This document shows positions 1 to 10,306 of a stretch of 64,000 nucleotides of DNA, piece by piece (position 1 is the stretch's first letter; each line of letters starts with the position of its first letter). The stretch is from Candidatus Bathyarchaeota archaeon. GTDB taxonomy: Archaea; Thermoproteota; CALKCG01; B24; DRYS01. The notes beneath the pieces are model-generated. The model was not told the DNA's origin. It did no database searches and saw nothing but the letters and a program-made list of their open reading frames with translations. Location: NCBI GenBank assembly GCA_018396535.1, contig JAGTQC010000002.1:71152-135151 (forward strand). The letters run 5' to 3'. The position numbers were made by a program, and so were the translations under genes.

Positions 1-320
1 TTTCTTTACGTTGCACTCAAGTTTATAACAGGATACTTTGGAATCATGATATGGTGAAAATTTTGTATAGAAAGTATAATGTTAATATTTATATCCCTGC
101 ACTCTGAATAAGACTATTACTTCACTCTCATTGCTACAGGCATTTATACATTTTTAGAGATGAAATGAGCTAAGCTTAAGGGTTATGATCCACTTTATAA
201 ATCTTAATAACGGATTTGTAAGATGGCTTATCTGGTTATTTTCCTAGCTATAAGAGTTAGTATATGGTTTAATATTTCAAGTTTTTTGTTTAAAAATTAA
301 ACGAGGTTTTACTTATTAAA

Positions 321-337
321 TTTTATATAAAAATTTC
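321..337 (+). promoter_or_regulatory. Putative archaeal TATA/BRE-like element upstream of the first operon
   Basis: AT-rich 'ttttatataaaaatttc' about 50 bp upstream of the ATG at 384, in a 380-bp non-coding AT-rich leader. The position fits an archaeal box A with a short 5' UTR. No other support. Confidence 0.25.
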
Positions 338-383
338 TATAATTTAGCCTTATATTATACCTATGTAATCTCTGGTATGTGGT

Positions 384-773
384 ATGTCTAGCAGACCTAG
401 ATTCGTAATGTGCATATGTACTGGTGAATGTCCTGGGTTTGCTAAGCTCGATCTATGGAAGCTGGTGAACTATATACGTAACGAGCTTGATGTAGAGTAT
501 GCGATAATACATCCACAGCTATGCGTAGATGATGGCGATAGATTCTTCAGGGATTATCTTAAGGAAGGCCCTACAGATATAGTCTATATCATAGGCGGCT
601 GTGATCCTAGGATGCAGAGGAGACTCTTCAGAGAGGCTTTCGAATCTAAGAAGCTCGATATGGATAGAAACCTGGTATCTTTGGATCTTAGAAATATGAG
701 TACTGAGGAAGCTATGAGGAAAGTTGCCGAAGCCGTAGAGGGGGTTAAGAGGAGGGTTAGAACTGATGGTTGA
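384..773 (+). CDS. MvhD/FlpD-like hydrogenase-associated iron-sulfur subunit (methyl-viologen-reducing hydrogenase delta-like)
   Basis: 129 aa with the cysteine arrangement 'FVMCICTGEC...CVDDGD...IIGGCDP'. This resembles MvhD-family [2Fe-2S] proteins (COG1908). It overlaps the next ORF by 8 nt, which indicates an operon. Confidence 0.5.
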   Translation: MSSRPRFVMCICTGECPGFAKLDLWKLVNYIRNELDVEYAIIHPQLCVDDGDRFFRDYLKEGPTDIVYIIGGCDPRMQRRLFREAFESKKLDMDRNLVSLDLRNMSTEEAMRKVAEAVEGVKRRVRTDG

Positions 774-1053
774 AAGGATGTATCTAGGTATCCCGCGTAG
801 AGAGATCCCATGGTATCCGCAGATAGATTATGAAAGGTGTATCGGCTGTCTTACATGCGTTAAGCATTGTCCTCACAATGTCTACGGTACAGAGGGTAAT
901 CCTGCTAAGCCTGTAGTTGTAAACCCGTATAACTGTATAGTTGGTTGTAGCTCCTGTGCTAAGCTATGCCCCTCTGAAGCGATAAAGTTCCCGTCTAAAG
1001 ATGAGTTGAGGGAGATCTTAAAGAATCTTAGAGGGAAGTATGGCTTAGGATAG
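766..1053 (+). CDS. 2x[4Fe-4S] ferredoxin
   Basis: Two canonical CxxCxxCxxxCP motifs are present: CIGCLTCVKHCP and CIVGCSSCAKLCP. Confidence 0.8.
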   Translation: MVERMYLGIPRREIPWYPQIDYERCIGCLTCVKHCPHNVYGTEGNPAKPVVVNPYNCIVGCSSCAKLCPSEAIKFPSKDELREILKNLRGKYGLG

Positions 1054-1140
1054 CCTACTCACCATCTATCTCAAACAAGTAGCTACGGTTTATTTTTTAA
1101 ACCAATACTTAAATCGTTTAGCTACTAACTTTTACTCAGT

Positions 1141-1716
1141 ATGAGTGGATCGGTAGAAGGCTTTCGAGTGGAGATCTCTAGAGGTAGATGCCTTAAGGAT
1201 CCTACTAAAGTTATGATAGAAGCATTCTATCCCGAAGGGTTTGGTGACTCCGTGGAGATGCTTGCATTAATTCTCCCGCCGTTGAAAGCTAGATATTCTA
1301 GGCAGAATCGTTGCACTACTATTATAAATGAAGGTAGGCTTATAGGCGTATATTCTGATGGAAGGATATTATTCTGCGCTAAGGATATGGATGAGATTAG
1401 AAGCATCCTGAAATATGTTAGGAATCTCCTAGAAGAAGCTTCTAGATTAGTTAGAGAAAAAGGCCCTCCAAGAGTGGAAGATGTAGAAGCTTATGGTAGG
1501 ATTTCAGTTTTCAAACTATATGATTATCTCCCTAAAACAAATTGCGGCTTATGTGGATATTCTACATGTATAGCTTTCGCAACTAAGGTTCTCCAGGGTG
1601 AAGCTAAGCTTAAGGATTGTAGCTTATTGAGTATATATGAGTGGAAGCATTTAGTCATAAAACTCGAAAAAGATTTTAATACAACGATACTCAAAAGCTT
1701 AGGTTGGTTTGCTTAA
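1141..1716 (+). CDS. Fe-S cluster domain protein (RnfB/AcsC-type CxxCGxxxC...C domain at the C-terminus)
   Basis: The C-terminal 'LPKTNCGLCGYSTCIAFATKVLQGEAKLKDC' matches the putative [4Fe-4S] 'FeS' domain found at the RnfB N-terminus and in CODH/ACS corrinoid proteins. The N-terminal approximately 140 aa are of unknown function. Confidence 0.5.
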   Translation: MSGSVEGFRVEISRGRCLKDPTKVMIEAFYPEGFGDSVEMLALILPPLKARYSRQNRCTTIINEGRLIGVYSDGRILFCAKDMDEIRSILKYVRNLLEEASRLVREKGPPRVEDVEAYGRISVFKLYDYLPKTNCGLCGYSTCIAFATKVLQGEAKLKDCSLLSIYEWKHLVIKLEKDFNTTILKSLGWFA

Positions 1717-2064
1717 AGTAAGTTACTGTTATGAACATTGAGAAAGCTGATCTACTTGAAGAATTAGAGAAAACTAGAAGATAAGTTATATGTATTAGTC
1801 TTAATACCTATTCATTAATAAAAATCCAATTAAAATATTCAAAAATACTTGATTTTTAATAATATTGAAAGAGAGCTAAGGATACAACCAACATACTGTG
1901 AGAAAATTAACGAAGCATGCAGTATGAGGGGACATTATGAATATACGAGTTATACGGATTATACTATTGATGGAGATGGAGCATAGAGTAGAGGAACTTG
2001 TCAGATTCCAGACTACCCTAAAATTTTTCTCTTTAAGACAATCTAATAAAAATGGGGGTGTTCT

Positions 2065-3567
2065 ATGGGTCCTAAGATTGCTTTTATAGGCGCTGGTAGT
2101 GCTAGATGGACGAGTAGAATATTGATCGATATCTTCATGAATGAAGATCTACGCAACTCAGAGATATGGCTTATGGATATAGATGACTATCGGCTTAACA
2201 TTATATCGACACTTGCTAAGAGGTATGTTGAAGAGGTTAAGCTTCCTGTTAAGATCTGTGCAACTAAGGATAGAGCGGAGGCTATTAGGGATTCAGATTT
2301 CATTATATCGACTGCTCTCCCGAAGGGTTACCTATACTATGAGACTATGAGAGATCTATCCGAGAAGCATGGCTACTATAGAGGTATCAATAGCGTTGAG
2401 TGGAACTATGTAGGGGATTATCATACGATATGGGGCTACTATCTATTCAAACTACATCTCGATATAGCTAGAGATATAGAGGAGCTTGCTCCAGATGCAT
2501 GGTTTTTCATAGTTTCGAACCCAGTCTTAGAGTTAACTACGATGGTTGCCCGCGAGACTAAGGTTAACGTAGCAGGTATATGCCATGGATTCTTAGGTTA
2601 TAGGGCTGCTATCGAGGTTCTAGCTATGCGCTTAGCTAAGGAGAAGCTCGGTAGGGATATAACACCATATTGTGCAGCTCATAGACCTGAGTGCTATAGA
2701 GAGGTTTTCGATCTTATAGAATTCGATGAGATAGAAGTGGAGATGAAAGGGTTAAACCACGTTATATGGTTAACTAAATTTACATATAAGGATGAAGATG
2801 GCTATAAGTACATGGATGAATGGATTAGAGAGGATTCTGAGGAGTATTGGAGAGTTTGGAGAGAGTATACGACCAATCCTTGGGATCTAGATCTATGCCC
2901 AGCAGCAATAGACATGTATAAGACATATGGCTATCTACCTATAGGGGATAGTGTTCGCGGAGGTACATGGAAATACCATTGGGATCTTAAGACTAAGCAG
3001 TACTGGTACGGTCCGTATGGTGGACCAGATTCAGAAATAGGCTGTGCCATAAGGATAATGCAAGTTAGAAGGAATGTCGATGAGATGGCTAGGATAGCAT
3101 TCGATACTTCGAAACCTGTATCCTCAGCTATTCCGTTTAGACCGAGTGGTGAGGTTATAGTAACTCTGATAGACTCTATATATAACGATAAATCTGCAGA
3201 TAGTTATGAATTACAATTCTTCGGTAAACGCGTAACTGTACCTATATACGTGAACGTTATGAATAGAGGAGCAATACCCAATATCCCAGGAGACGTCGCC
3301 GTTGAGACTCATGTAAGAGTCGATGGTAAGGGTATCCATCCGATACAAAAGGATTCTATTCCAAGCAAACTCTACAAGTATGCTATACTACCTAGGATTA
3401 CGAAGATGGAGTGGGCTCTAGAAGCAAATCTTAAGGGTGGAAGGGATAGTCTAGTACAATGGCTTATAGTGGATGTTAGAACTAAAAACATGAAGCAAAT
3501 AGATGATGTTATAGACGATATATTGAAGCTTCCAGGAAACGAGGAGATGGCTAAACACTTTAGCTAA
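2065..3567 (+). CDS. Glycoside hydrolase family 4 (NAD+/Mn2+-dependent alpha-glucosidase/alpha-galactosidase type)
   Basis: N-terminal Rossmann motif 'KIAFIGAGSARWT', a 'GICHG' Cys-His motif, and the 'SNPV' region. The overall layout is GH4. An SD-like 'gggggtg' sits 6 nt upstream of the ATG. Confidence 0.8.
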   Translation: MGPKIAFIGAGSARWTSRILIDIFMNEDLRNSEIWLMDIDDYRLNIISTLAKRYVEEVKLPVKICATKDRAEAIRDSDFIISTALPKGYLYYETMRDLSEKHGYYRGINSVEWNYVGDYHTIWGYYLFKLHLDIARDIEELAPDAWFFIVSNPVLELTTMVARETKVNVAGICHGFLGYRAAIEVLAMRLAKEKLGRDITPYCAAHRPECYREVFDLIEFDEIEVEMKGLNHVIWLTKFTYKDEDGYKYMDEWIREDSEEYWRVWREYTTNPWDLDLCPAAIDMYKTYGYLPIGDSVRGGTWKYHWDLKTKQYWYGPYGGPDSEIGCAIRIMQVRRNVDEMARIAFDTSKPVSSAIPFRPSGEVIVTLIDSIYNDKSADSYELQFFGKRVTVPIYVNVMNRGAIPNIPGDVAVETHVRVDGKGIHPIQKDSIPSKLYKYAILPRITKMEWALEANLKGGRDSLVQWLIVDVRTKNMKQIDDVIDDILKLPGNEEMAKHFS

Positions 3568-3671
3568 ACTTTATCCTCTACAGATAGATTTCCAATACGA
3601 TGTAACGATAATTAATAGAGATAAACACTATATTTTTAAATAGCTATCACTTGATAAAATCTTCTTAGCTT

Positions 3672-4070
3672 ATGCTCTCTCCCCGCTTACTATCCATCCT
3701 AGGCTTATGGATAGTAGCTGACGGTATTATAGCGATAGTCCTTGTGTATCCTTATCAACATTATTGGCTTGTTATCCGTTTCATCAGAGTAGTTGTAGGT
3801 TTCATAATACTTGTAGAGACTCAACGAATACGAGTAAAATTACTAACCTATACTGTGAAGAATCTAGATAAATTATACAGATGTGCTCGTATCTACACGA
3901 TTGTATTAGACTCCATAGGTATATGGTTAATAGCCGATGGGTTATCTACAGGTCTACTAGGATATACTCATCCTATACTAGTATGGCAGTTTATACGTAC
4001 AGTTCGAGTTATTATGGGTTTATGTTTAGTTCTGATAAGTTTGCTCCATGAAAGATTCTATAAGATATAG
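3672..4070 (+). CDS. Small integral membrane protein (four predicted TM helices)
   Basis: 132 aa and strongly hydrophobic. No recognisable motif. Confidence 0.4.
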   Translation: MLSPRLLSILGLWIVADGIIAIVLVYPYQHYWLVIRFIRVVVGFIILVETQRIRVKLLTYTVKNLDKLYRCARIYTIVLDSIGIWLIADGLSTGLLGYTHPILVWQFIRTVRVIMGLCLVLISLLHERFYKI

Positions 4071-4182
4071 TAGGAGGGGCTCTCCCGTAATATAGGTTAA
4101 TTTACCCCATATAGCCCTTCACAGACCATTCTACACTCAATAGTTTTATCTATGATTTAGGTGTAATTGATTCATCTAGGCT

Positions 4183-5199
4183 ATGAAGAAGATTGGGGTT
4201 GGCGTCATAGGTGTAGGTATTCAAGGAGAAAGGCATGCAGCGGTATACGCAAACAATCCTCTATCTAAACTTATAGCTGTAGCTGATATAGATGGAGCTA
4301 AGGCTGAGCGTATAGCTAGGAAGTATGGTGCTGAAGTATACTTCACTGACTACCATAAGTTATTAGATATGGATGAAATAGTGGCCGTATCTATAGCTAC
4401 ACCGGATTTTCTACATAGAGATCCATGCATAGCTGCCGCTGAAGCTGGCAAGCATGTCTTAGTAGAGAAGCCTATGGCTACATCTGTAAGTGATTGCCAA
4501 GCTATGATCGATGCATGTAGGAAGGCTGGTGTGAAACTTATGGTTGCATTCCATAATAGATGGAATCCTGTATTCGTACAGACAAAGCTTAGCGTAACTA
4601 ACGGTGATCTCGGTAAACTCGTATATGCTTATGCTAGATTAAACGATACTATCTATGTACCTACTAAAATGTTATCATGGGCATCTAGATCTAGTAGCTT
4701 ATGGTTTCTAGGTAGTCATGTAATAGATCTCTTACTATGGCTCTTCGAAGAGAAGCCTATAAAAGTTTATGGATTTCAGAGGGGTGGGAAGCTTAAAAGT
4801 ATGGGTATAGATACTCCAGATCTATATGGCTATGTATTGTATTTCAAGGATGCAATAGCCTTCGGGGAAAATGTATGGATATTGCCTGATGGATCTCCTA
4901 CTATAGCTGAATTTAAACTAGAACTAATAGGAGATAAAGGGTGCGTATATACAGATCATTCTAGAGGTAGATCTATAGAGAAGATCACAGACCGATATAT
5001 TATACCGGATACATACGTATACTACGATCTATATGGTAAGCCTCTAGGTTTCACTGCGGAATGCGTAAACCACTTTATAGAATGCGTAGCAATGGATCGA
5101 GAACCTATAGTCAAGGGGGAGGATGGATTGATAGTGACTAAGATCATATCATCCATACTTGAATCGGTAGATAGACTTGCAGAAATATATGTAAGTTAA
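4183..5199 (+). CDS. Gfo/Idh/MocA family NAD(P)-dependent oxidoreductase
   Basis: N-terminal 'KIGVGVIGVGIQGERHA' Rossmann motif and the 'EKPMA' motif typical of the family. Length 338 aa. Confidence 0.8.
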   Translation: MKKIGVGVIGVGIQGERHAAVYANNPLSKLIAVADIDGAKAERIARKYGAEVYFTDYHKLLDMDEIVAVSIATPDFLHRDPCIAAAEAGKHVLVEKPMATSVSDCQAMIDACRKAGVKLMVAFHNRWNPVFVQTKLSVTNGDLGKLVYAYARLNDTIYVPTKMLSWASRSSSLWFLGSHVIDLLLWLFEEKPIKVYGFQRGGKLKSMGIDTPDLYGYVLYFKDAIAFGENVWILPDGSPTIAEFKLELIGDKGCVYTDHSRGRSIEKITDRYIIPDTYVYYDLYGKPLGFTAECVNHFIECVAMDREPIVKGEDGLIVTKIISSILESVDRLAEIYVS

Positions 5200-5267
5200 A
5201 AGCTTAGGTTTTAATATCTATATTAGGTGAAGTAAAGGATCATAGTCAGGTAAAGGAGGCGGTTCAT

Positions 5268-6212
5268 ATGGATGACTTTAACCCCCGCCTATTCATAGAG
5301 GAGAAAATTGAATGGCTTAGAAAGGAGATAGGATCAGAAGATGCGATAGTAGCACTTTCAGGAGGGGTTGATAGTTCTGTGACGGCTGTACTAGGCTTTA
5401 AAGCCATAGGTTCACGCTTAAAATCCGTATTCCTCGATGATGGATTTATGAGAATAGGAGAGGCGGATAGAGTTAGAAGCATCTTTGAGAAACTAGGTAT
5501 GAAAGTACACGTATACGACGTCGAACATGAATTCCTAGAAGCTCTCAGAGGGGTCAGAGATGCTGAGGAGAAGAGAAGGGAGTTTCGTGAAACCTTCTAT
5601 AGGATATTCTCTCGTATAGCTCGCGAATTCGGTGTCAGGATAGTTCTACAAGGGACAATAGCTGCGGATATCGTCGAAACTAAAAGCGGTATTAAAACTC
5701 AGCATAACGTTCTCGAGCAGATCGGTATAGATCCTCTTAAAAGCTACGGCTTCAAGATCCTTGAACCAATCAAAGAACTGTACAAGAGTCAAGTTAGGCT
5801 CATAGCTAAAGAGCTTGGACTCCCAGATGAAATAGTTAAGCGTAGACCATTTCCAGGTCCAGGCTTATCCATAAGAATACTCGGTGAGGTTACTAAGGAG
5901 AAGCTTTCTCTGATAAAGAAGGCGACGGCTATAGTCGATGATGAACTCTCAGATATCGAATGCTTCCAAGCTTTTCCAGTTCTACTCGAAGGTATGGCTA
6001 CAGGTCTTGACTCTACTGGTGGTAGAAAGTACGGGTATATTTTGGCTTTAAGAATAGTGGAATCTATGGATGCTCTGACTGCTAAATATATGAAGATAGA
6101 TTGGAGTAAACTCGAAAAAGTTAGAGATAGATTACTAACGGAGATTCCGAGTGTAGCTAGAATACTCTACGATATAACAGATAAGCCTCCAGCTACTATA
6201 GAATTCGAATAG
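5268..6212 (+). CDS. guaAb: GMP synthase (glutamine-hydrolysing) subunit B, ATP-pyrophosphatase subunit
   Basis: PP-loop 'ALSGGVDSSV' and a C-terminal GMP-synthase dimerisation region ('RPFPGPGLSIR'). About 314 aa, typical of the archaeal split GuaA subunit B. Confidence 0.85.
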   Translation: MDDFNPRLFIEEKIEWLRKEIGSEDAIVALSGGVDSSVTAVLGFKAIGSRLKSVFLDDGFMRIGEADRVRSIFEKLGMKVHVYDVEHEFLEALRGVRDAEEKRREFRETFYRIFSRIAREFGVRIVLQGTIAADIVETKSGIKTQHNVLEQIGIDPLKSYGFKILEPIKELYKSQVRLIAKELGLPDEIVKRRPFPGPGLSIRILGEVTKEKLSLIKKATAIVDDELSDIECFQAFPVLLEGMATGLDSTGGRKYGYILALRIVESMDALTAKYMKIDWSKLEKVRDRLLTEIPSVARILYDITDKPPATIEFE

Positions 6213-6227
6213 GGTAGCAAATAATTA

Positions 6228-7421
6228 TCATAAGAAGCTAAGAATGATGAGCGACGATAAGTAGGCTGCTATAGCTGATGGGACTAACCTCTTATAGACT
6301 GATAATATCCCTGATTTATAGTATCCTATTGTTAGGATTAGGCATAGATGTAGGGGTGATATTAAGTAGGAGAATATTACGGATATGTATATAGAGGATG
6401 CGGTAGATACAGACATATTATCTACGATCGCTGAAGCTATAGGGAATGCGAGAGCTATACCTGCAGAAGGCATAGCCGTCGCTAAACCTATAATCCATGT
6501 TATCGTTAGAGCTATTATTAACGGTGGTAGCTGTGAATATGAAAAGTATGGTATAGCTGCTTCTATTAATCCTGAACGCTTCAGCGTATATCTGAAAACC
6601 ATAACACTAGGTATGGCAAGGGGTATCGCTACATTAATCCTCCTTAGGATATATCGAACCTTCTCTAAACCTATACGGTTGATAACTATCGTATAGGCTA
6701 CAGCTACGATCAAAGCTAGAGCCATATTTAAACCTACTACTGTTAGAATAACCGCGATCAATATAGGTGATATACCTAGTAGTATACGGTAGAGTGAAGG
6801 CCAGTCTATCTGACTTTTAGAGTAACCCTCTACTCTAGCTATACTACGTAGGGATGCTATGTAGCCTATGAGTATATATATGAGTAACACTGGTAGTTGA
6901 ACCGCTATAAGTCTGTAGAGGCTCACACCGGCAAGTGTTGAAGCTAGTATTATAGCTGAGGATAACGGGTATACGAAGAAGTTCCAATGCCTAAACCATA
7001 CGTTTATGAAGCTCTCCTCGTCACCATCTAAACCGAGCTTATTAGCCGTATCCTCTATCATAGGCGCTGATAGTAGAGCCCCACCAGGCATGGGTAGGCT
7101 ACCCATTATAGCGGGTAGTATTGCTAGGATATATTTAGCTGGTAGAACACTTCTAATCGATTGTATCAGTCTTTCGATCATACCTGATTCGCTCATACAT
7201 AATGCTAGAAGCTGTATAAGTGCTACTATGGCAGTAAGCTCTAGAGTTTCTAGATCAATTATGGTGGAGATTACTATTTCTAGAAATTTATAGACGTTCA
7301 TCGCCGATACTATAGCTATAGCGAGAGCTCCTATGAGTAATGCTAGACCATAGTTTACACGATTAGCAACTAATACAACGACAACTATCAATGGGATAGC
7401 TATGAGTAGTAGGGGTAGCAT
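6228..7421 (-). CDS. Polytopic membrane protein, DUF401-like putative permease
   Basis: 397 aa with at least 10 hydrophobic segments. It resembles the archaeal/bacterial DUF401 membrane family. No catalytic motif. Confidence 0.4.
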   Translation of the reverse strand: MLPLLLIAIPLIVVVVLVANRVNYGLALLIGALAIAIVSAMNVYKFLEIVISTIIDLETLELTAIVALIQLLALCMSESGMIERLIQSIRSVLPAKYILAILPAIMGSLPMPGGALLSAPMIEDTANKLGLDGDEESFINVWFRHWNFFVYPLSSAIILASTLAGVSLYRLIAVQLPVLLIYILIGYIASLRSIARVEGYSKSQIDWPSLYRILLGISPILIAVILTVVGLNMALALIVAVAYTIVINRIGLEKVRYILRRINVAIPLAIPSVMVFRYTLKRSGLIEAAIPYFSYSQLPPLIIALTITWIIGLATAMPSAGIALAFPIASAIVDNMSVSTASSIYISVIFSYLISPLHLCLILTIGYYKSGILSVYKRLVPSAIAAYLSSLIILSFL

Positions 7422-7662
7422 GACGGTTAAAGATGTCGAAGCATTCTTATAAATCTTAAATACGGTGAAACATTAGGATTGATCGTCCAACCATTATCAT
7501 AGTTACATCTTATAACTTCTTCTAGATTATCCGATCTTCCTTACTAGATAAGCTTCTCTACATTATGCTAGATTGATCCATTTACAGCTTGGTAGGTATA
7601 GTGGTTCTAGATGCTGTTTAAATCTTTATAGAGTCGGATATGTTGTAAGTAGTGATCAAGAT

Positions 7663-9558
7663 TTGACGAACCCCTTCCTACGCGAAGTAATATTGGAGAA
7701 TTTCATGAGCTATGAGTATGCTAGAATTAAGCTTGCACCAGGTTTAAACCTTATATCTGGTCCGAACGGTTCTGGGAAATCATCGATTCTCCTGGGCATA
7801 TCCATAGCTTTAGGTCAAACTTATACAGAAAGAGCTAGGAGACTTAGCGATCTTATAAGATGGGGTAACGATATAGCACGTGTAACATTAATTTTCGATA
7901 ATAGCGGTAATGATGGTAATAGATTATTTCCATCGATTAAATCTTCTACTGTATCTATATCGAGGATTCTAAGGAGGGATGGAACCTACAGCTTCTATGT
8001 ACTAGGGGAGGAGAGGACGAAGACTGAGGTAATAGAGCTTCTCAGTATGGTTGGTTTAGACCCTGATAATCCATTCATAATAATGCACCAAGGTACGATA
8101 GAGGAGTTTGTAGCTACACGTCCAGAGGAGAAGCTTAAACTTCTAGAGAAGGCTGTAGGCTTCGAGGATTATAGGAGGAATATACTTGAGGCTAGGAGCA
8201 AACTTTCTAAAATCTTATCTGAGGAAGAGGTTATACGTGAGAGGCTAGCTGATGCTGAATCTACGTTAGAATATTGGCGTAGAGAATATGAGAAGCTTAC
8301 ACAATACAAGAGGCTTAAAGAAAGAGAGGAGGAGCTTAGACTGGAGTTGGCATGGTCGAGGATAATCGGTATGGAGAATAGGATAGCTAAGCTAACCGAT
8401 ATGATTGATTATTGTAGTAGGAGAATAGCGAAGCTTGAGAGAATAGGCTCAGATGCTAGATCTAAGCTAATAGATACTGAGAGAGAATTTGAGAGTACAA
8501 TATTCGAAGAGGATAGGCTACTCGAAAGAGTAATCGCATCGGAGAGATTCTTATCGGTAATATCGGAGAGTTCTCGTATACTCGAAAACTATGGTGGACA
8601 ACTCCCCATAGAGTTAGAGAAAGAGCTTAAGAGAAGAGCTATAGATCGAGAAAGGGTCGAGGCAGATTTGAAGAACATGTATAAAGTTTATAGTGGATTG
8701 AGGGTGAAGGAGCGAGAATTGATTAAACGTTACGCTGATCTAAGAGTTGAAGAAGCGTTAGCTTCGTTCGAGGTAAATAGACTCCTAGATGAGAAGAAGC
8801 GTATAGAGGTTAGGTTATCTGAACTTCGATCTAGGATGGAATCTATGTTATCGGAAGTAGGCGGCTCCTCATCAAGACCTCATACTGTTAGGAGTCTAGC
8901 TGAAGTAGAGGAGGAATTGAAAGGGATAGAAGCTAGGATTAGAGCCTTAGGCTCCGTCTCTGAGGATATAGCTGCTATGTATGAGAAGTACAGAGGGGTT
9001 TATGATGAATTGAAATCTAGACTTGAAATACTCTCTGAGAATAAGAATCTACTTTTAAATGAGTTAAACGATAGAATTAAAGTTTGGAGAGATGCATTAG
9101 AAAAACTACTGGATGATGTGAATAGAGAATTTCAAGCTATACTCGAGGGGTTTGGTTATAATGGTTTTGCTAAACTGGTAAATCCACATGATATAGATAG
9201 AAGCGGGTTAGAGATATATATGGGCACCCCAGGTATGGATCCAACCCCGCTTAATAACCTCACACAAAGTGGTGGCGAGAGGAGTCTAGCTATATCTACG
9301 TTTCTCTTAGCCCTCCAACAATACATTAAAAGCCCGTTTAGAGCTTTAGACGAGTATGATGTGCATATGGATCCGGTGAATAGGGAGGCTGTATTGAAAC
9401 ATATAGTAGAGCGGATATCTGGTGAGCGAAGGATACAGTATTTAGTTATAACACCTAATCCGTTACCATTAGCTGCTAAAATCACTAACGTTATAATCGT
9501 TCAGAAGGTGGGAGGGAAATCTAGAATTGGTAAAATCGAAGCCTACGTTGAAGCGTAG
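7663..9558 (+). CDS. SMC-like ABC ATPase lacking a hinge domain (archaeal SMC-related / RecN-sized)
   Basis: N-terminal head 'NFMSYEYARIKL...LISGPNGSGKSSIL' (Walker A) and the Q-loop region 'IIMHQGTIEEF..PEEKLKLLEKAVGF'. C-terminal signature 'LTQSGGERSL', Walker B 'RALDEYDVHMD' and D-loop. Between them is about 350 aa of heptad-rich coiled coil with no hinge or zinc hook. The ORF-track start (7573) is probably too far upstream; TTG at 7663 or ATG at 7705 is more likely. Confidence 0.75.
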   Translation: MTNPFLREVILENFMSYEYARIKLAPGLNLISGPNGSGKSSILLGISIALGQTYTERARRLSDLIRWGNDIARVTLIFDNSGNDGNRLFPSIKSSTVSISRILRRDGTYSFYVLGEERTKTEVIELLSMVGLDPDNPFIIMHQGTIEEFVATRPEEKLKLLEKAVGFEDYRRNILEARSKLSKILSEEEVIRERLADAESTLEYWRREYEKLTQYKRLKEREEELRLELAWSRIIGMENRIAKLTDMIDYCSRRIAKLERIGSDARSKLIDTEREFESTIFEEDRLLERVIASERFLSVISESSRILENYGGQLPIELEKELKRRAIDRERVEADLKNMYKVYSGLRVKERELIKRYADLRVEEALASFEVNRLLDEKKRIEVRLSELRSRMESMLSEVGGSSSRPHTVRSLAEVEEELKGIEARIRALGSVSEDIAAMYEKYRGVYDELKSRLEILSENKNLLLNELNDRIKVWRDALEKLLDDVNREFQAILEGFGYNGFAKLVNPHDIDRSGLEIYMGTPGMDPTPLNNLTQSGGERSLAISTFLLALQQYIKSPFRALDEYDVHMDPVNREAVLKHIVERISGERRIQYLVITPNPLPLAAKITNVIIVQKVGGKSRIGKIEAYVEA

Positions 9559-10306
9559 ATCTGTGAGGAGAGAAGTAGAGAAGATTATAGCACAGTGTAG
9601 GCTTACGATTAAGCGTGGAGCCGATCCGTTTCAGATAGACGTGAAGAGTTCTCTAGGTGTATTAAGAAATTTTCTTAAATCTGCTTCAACCTTAGACGAT
9701 ATCTGTCTAGATGGCGAAGCTATATACAATCTATCTACTGTGGTGGAATCCCAGGATAGATGGGTTAAGTTTAGGTCTAGTAGACTCTTTGTAGATCCTA
9801 TACTTATAGAGTCGAGGATTAAATCTATATCGAACAAAGTGCTAGCACGTATATTCGTATCATGTTGGACACCTATAGCTTCGATAGAAACGTTAACAAT
9901 ACCATCCATAGATCTGGCTATAGACTACTGGAATAGATTAAAACCTATAAAGAGTAGGTGGGGTAGACTACCTAAAGGCTCTATGAAACATCTAACTCTA
10001 TCACCAGATGAAGCTTCTAGACTAGGCTTAATATACGATAGAAGATTTGAGGAGCAATTATCATCTATAGAAGAACAGATTAGAAAACTTCTAGCGAGTG
10101 AGGGAGGGAGAGTTGAGTATAGCATAATAGTCCGCGGCAAGGATTGGATTGAAGCCGTTACTAAAGCTTACCTAGTAAGCTTCCTAGTTTCATCTGGACG
10201 TATAGGTATGACTTACGATCCCTCCACCGATAAATTCTATATAACACCATACAGTAATTATGATAAGCCTAAATCGATCGCCATATCTATAGGGATTGGT
10301 GGATAG
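9527..10306 (+). CDS. Kleisin-sized (ScpA-like?) partner protein of the SMC-like ATPase
   Basis: 259 aa. It overlaps the upstream ATPase gene by 32 nt and the downstream gene by 11 nt, so the three are translationally coupled. The size and position fit a kleisin, but sequence similarity cannot be confirmed by eye. Confidence 0.3.
   Translation: MVKSKPTLKRRSVRREVEKIIAQCRLTIKRGADPFQIDVKSSLGVLRNFLKSASTLDDICLDGEAIYNLSTVVESQDRWVKFRSSRLFVDPILIESRIKSISNKVLARIFVSCWTPIASIETLTIPSIDLAIDYWNRLKPIKSRWGRLPKGSMKHLTLSPDEASRLGLIYDRRFEEQLSSIEEQIRKLLASEGGRVEYSIIVRGKDWIEAVTKAYLVSFLVSSGRIGMTYDPSTDKFYITPYSNYDKPKSIAISIGIGG

Noticed and set aside
6385-7293. Plus-strand ORFs (103 and 95 aa) within the DUF401-like membrane protein gene
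   Set aside because: Antisense to a 397-aa hydrophobic ORF with consistent codon usage. No independent support.
9527-9558. Possible frameshift fusing the SMC-like ATPase and the 259-aa ORF into a canonical full-length SMC
   Set aside because: The ATPase ORF already ends with a complete C-terminal head (signature, Walker B, D-loop) before the overlap. The downstream protein has no head motifs, so they are separate proteins.
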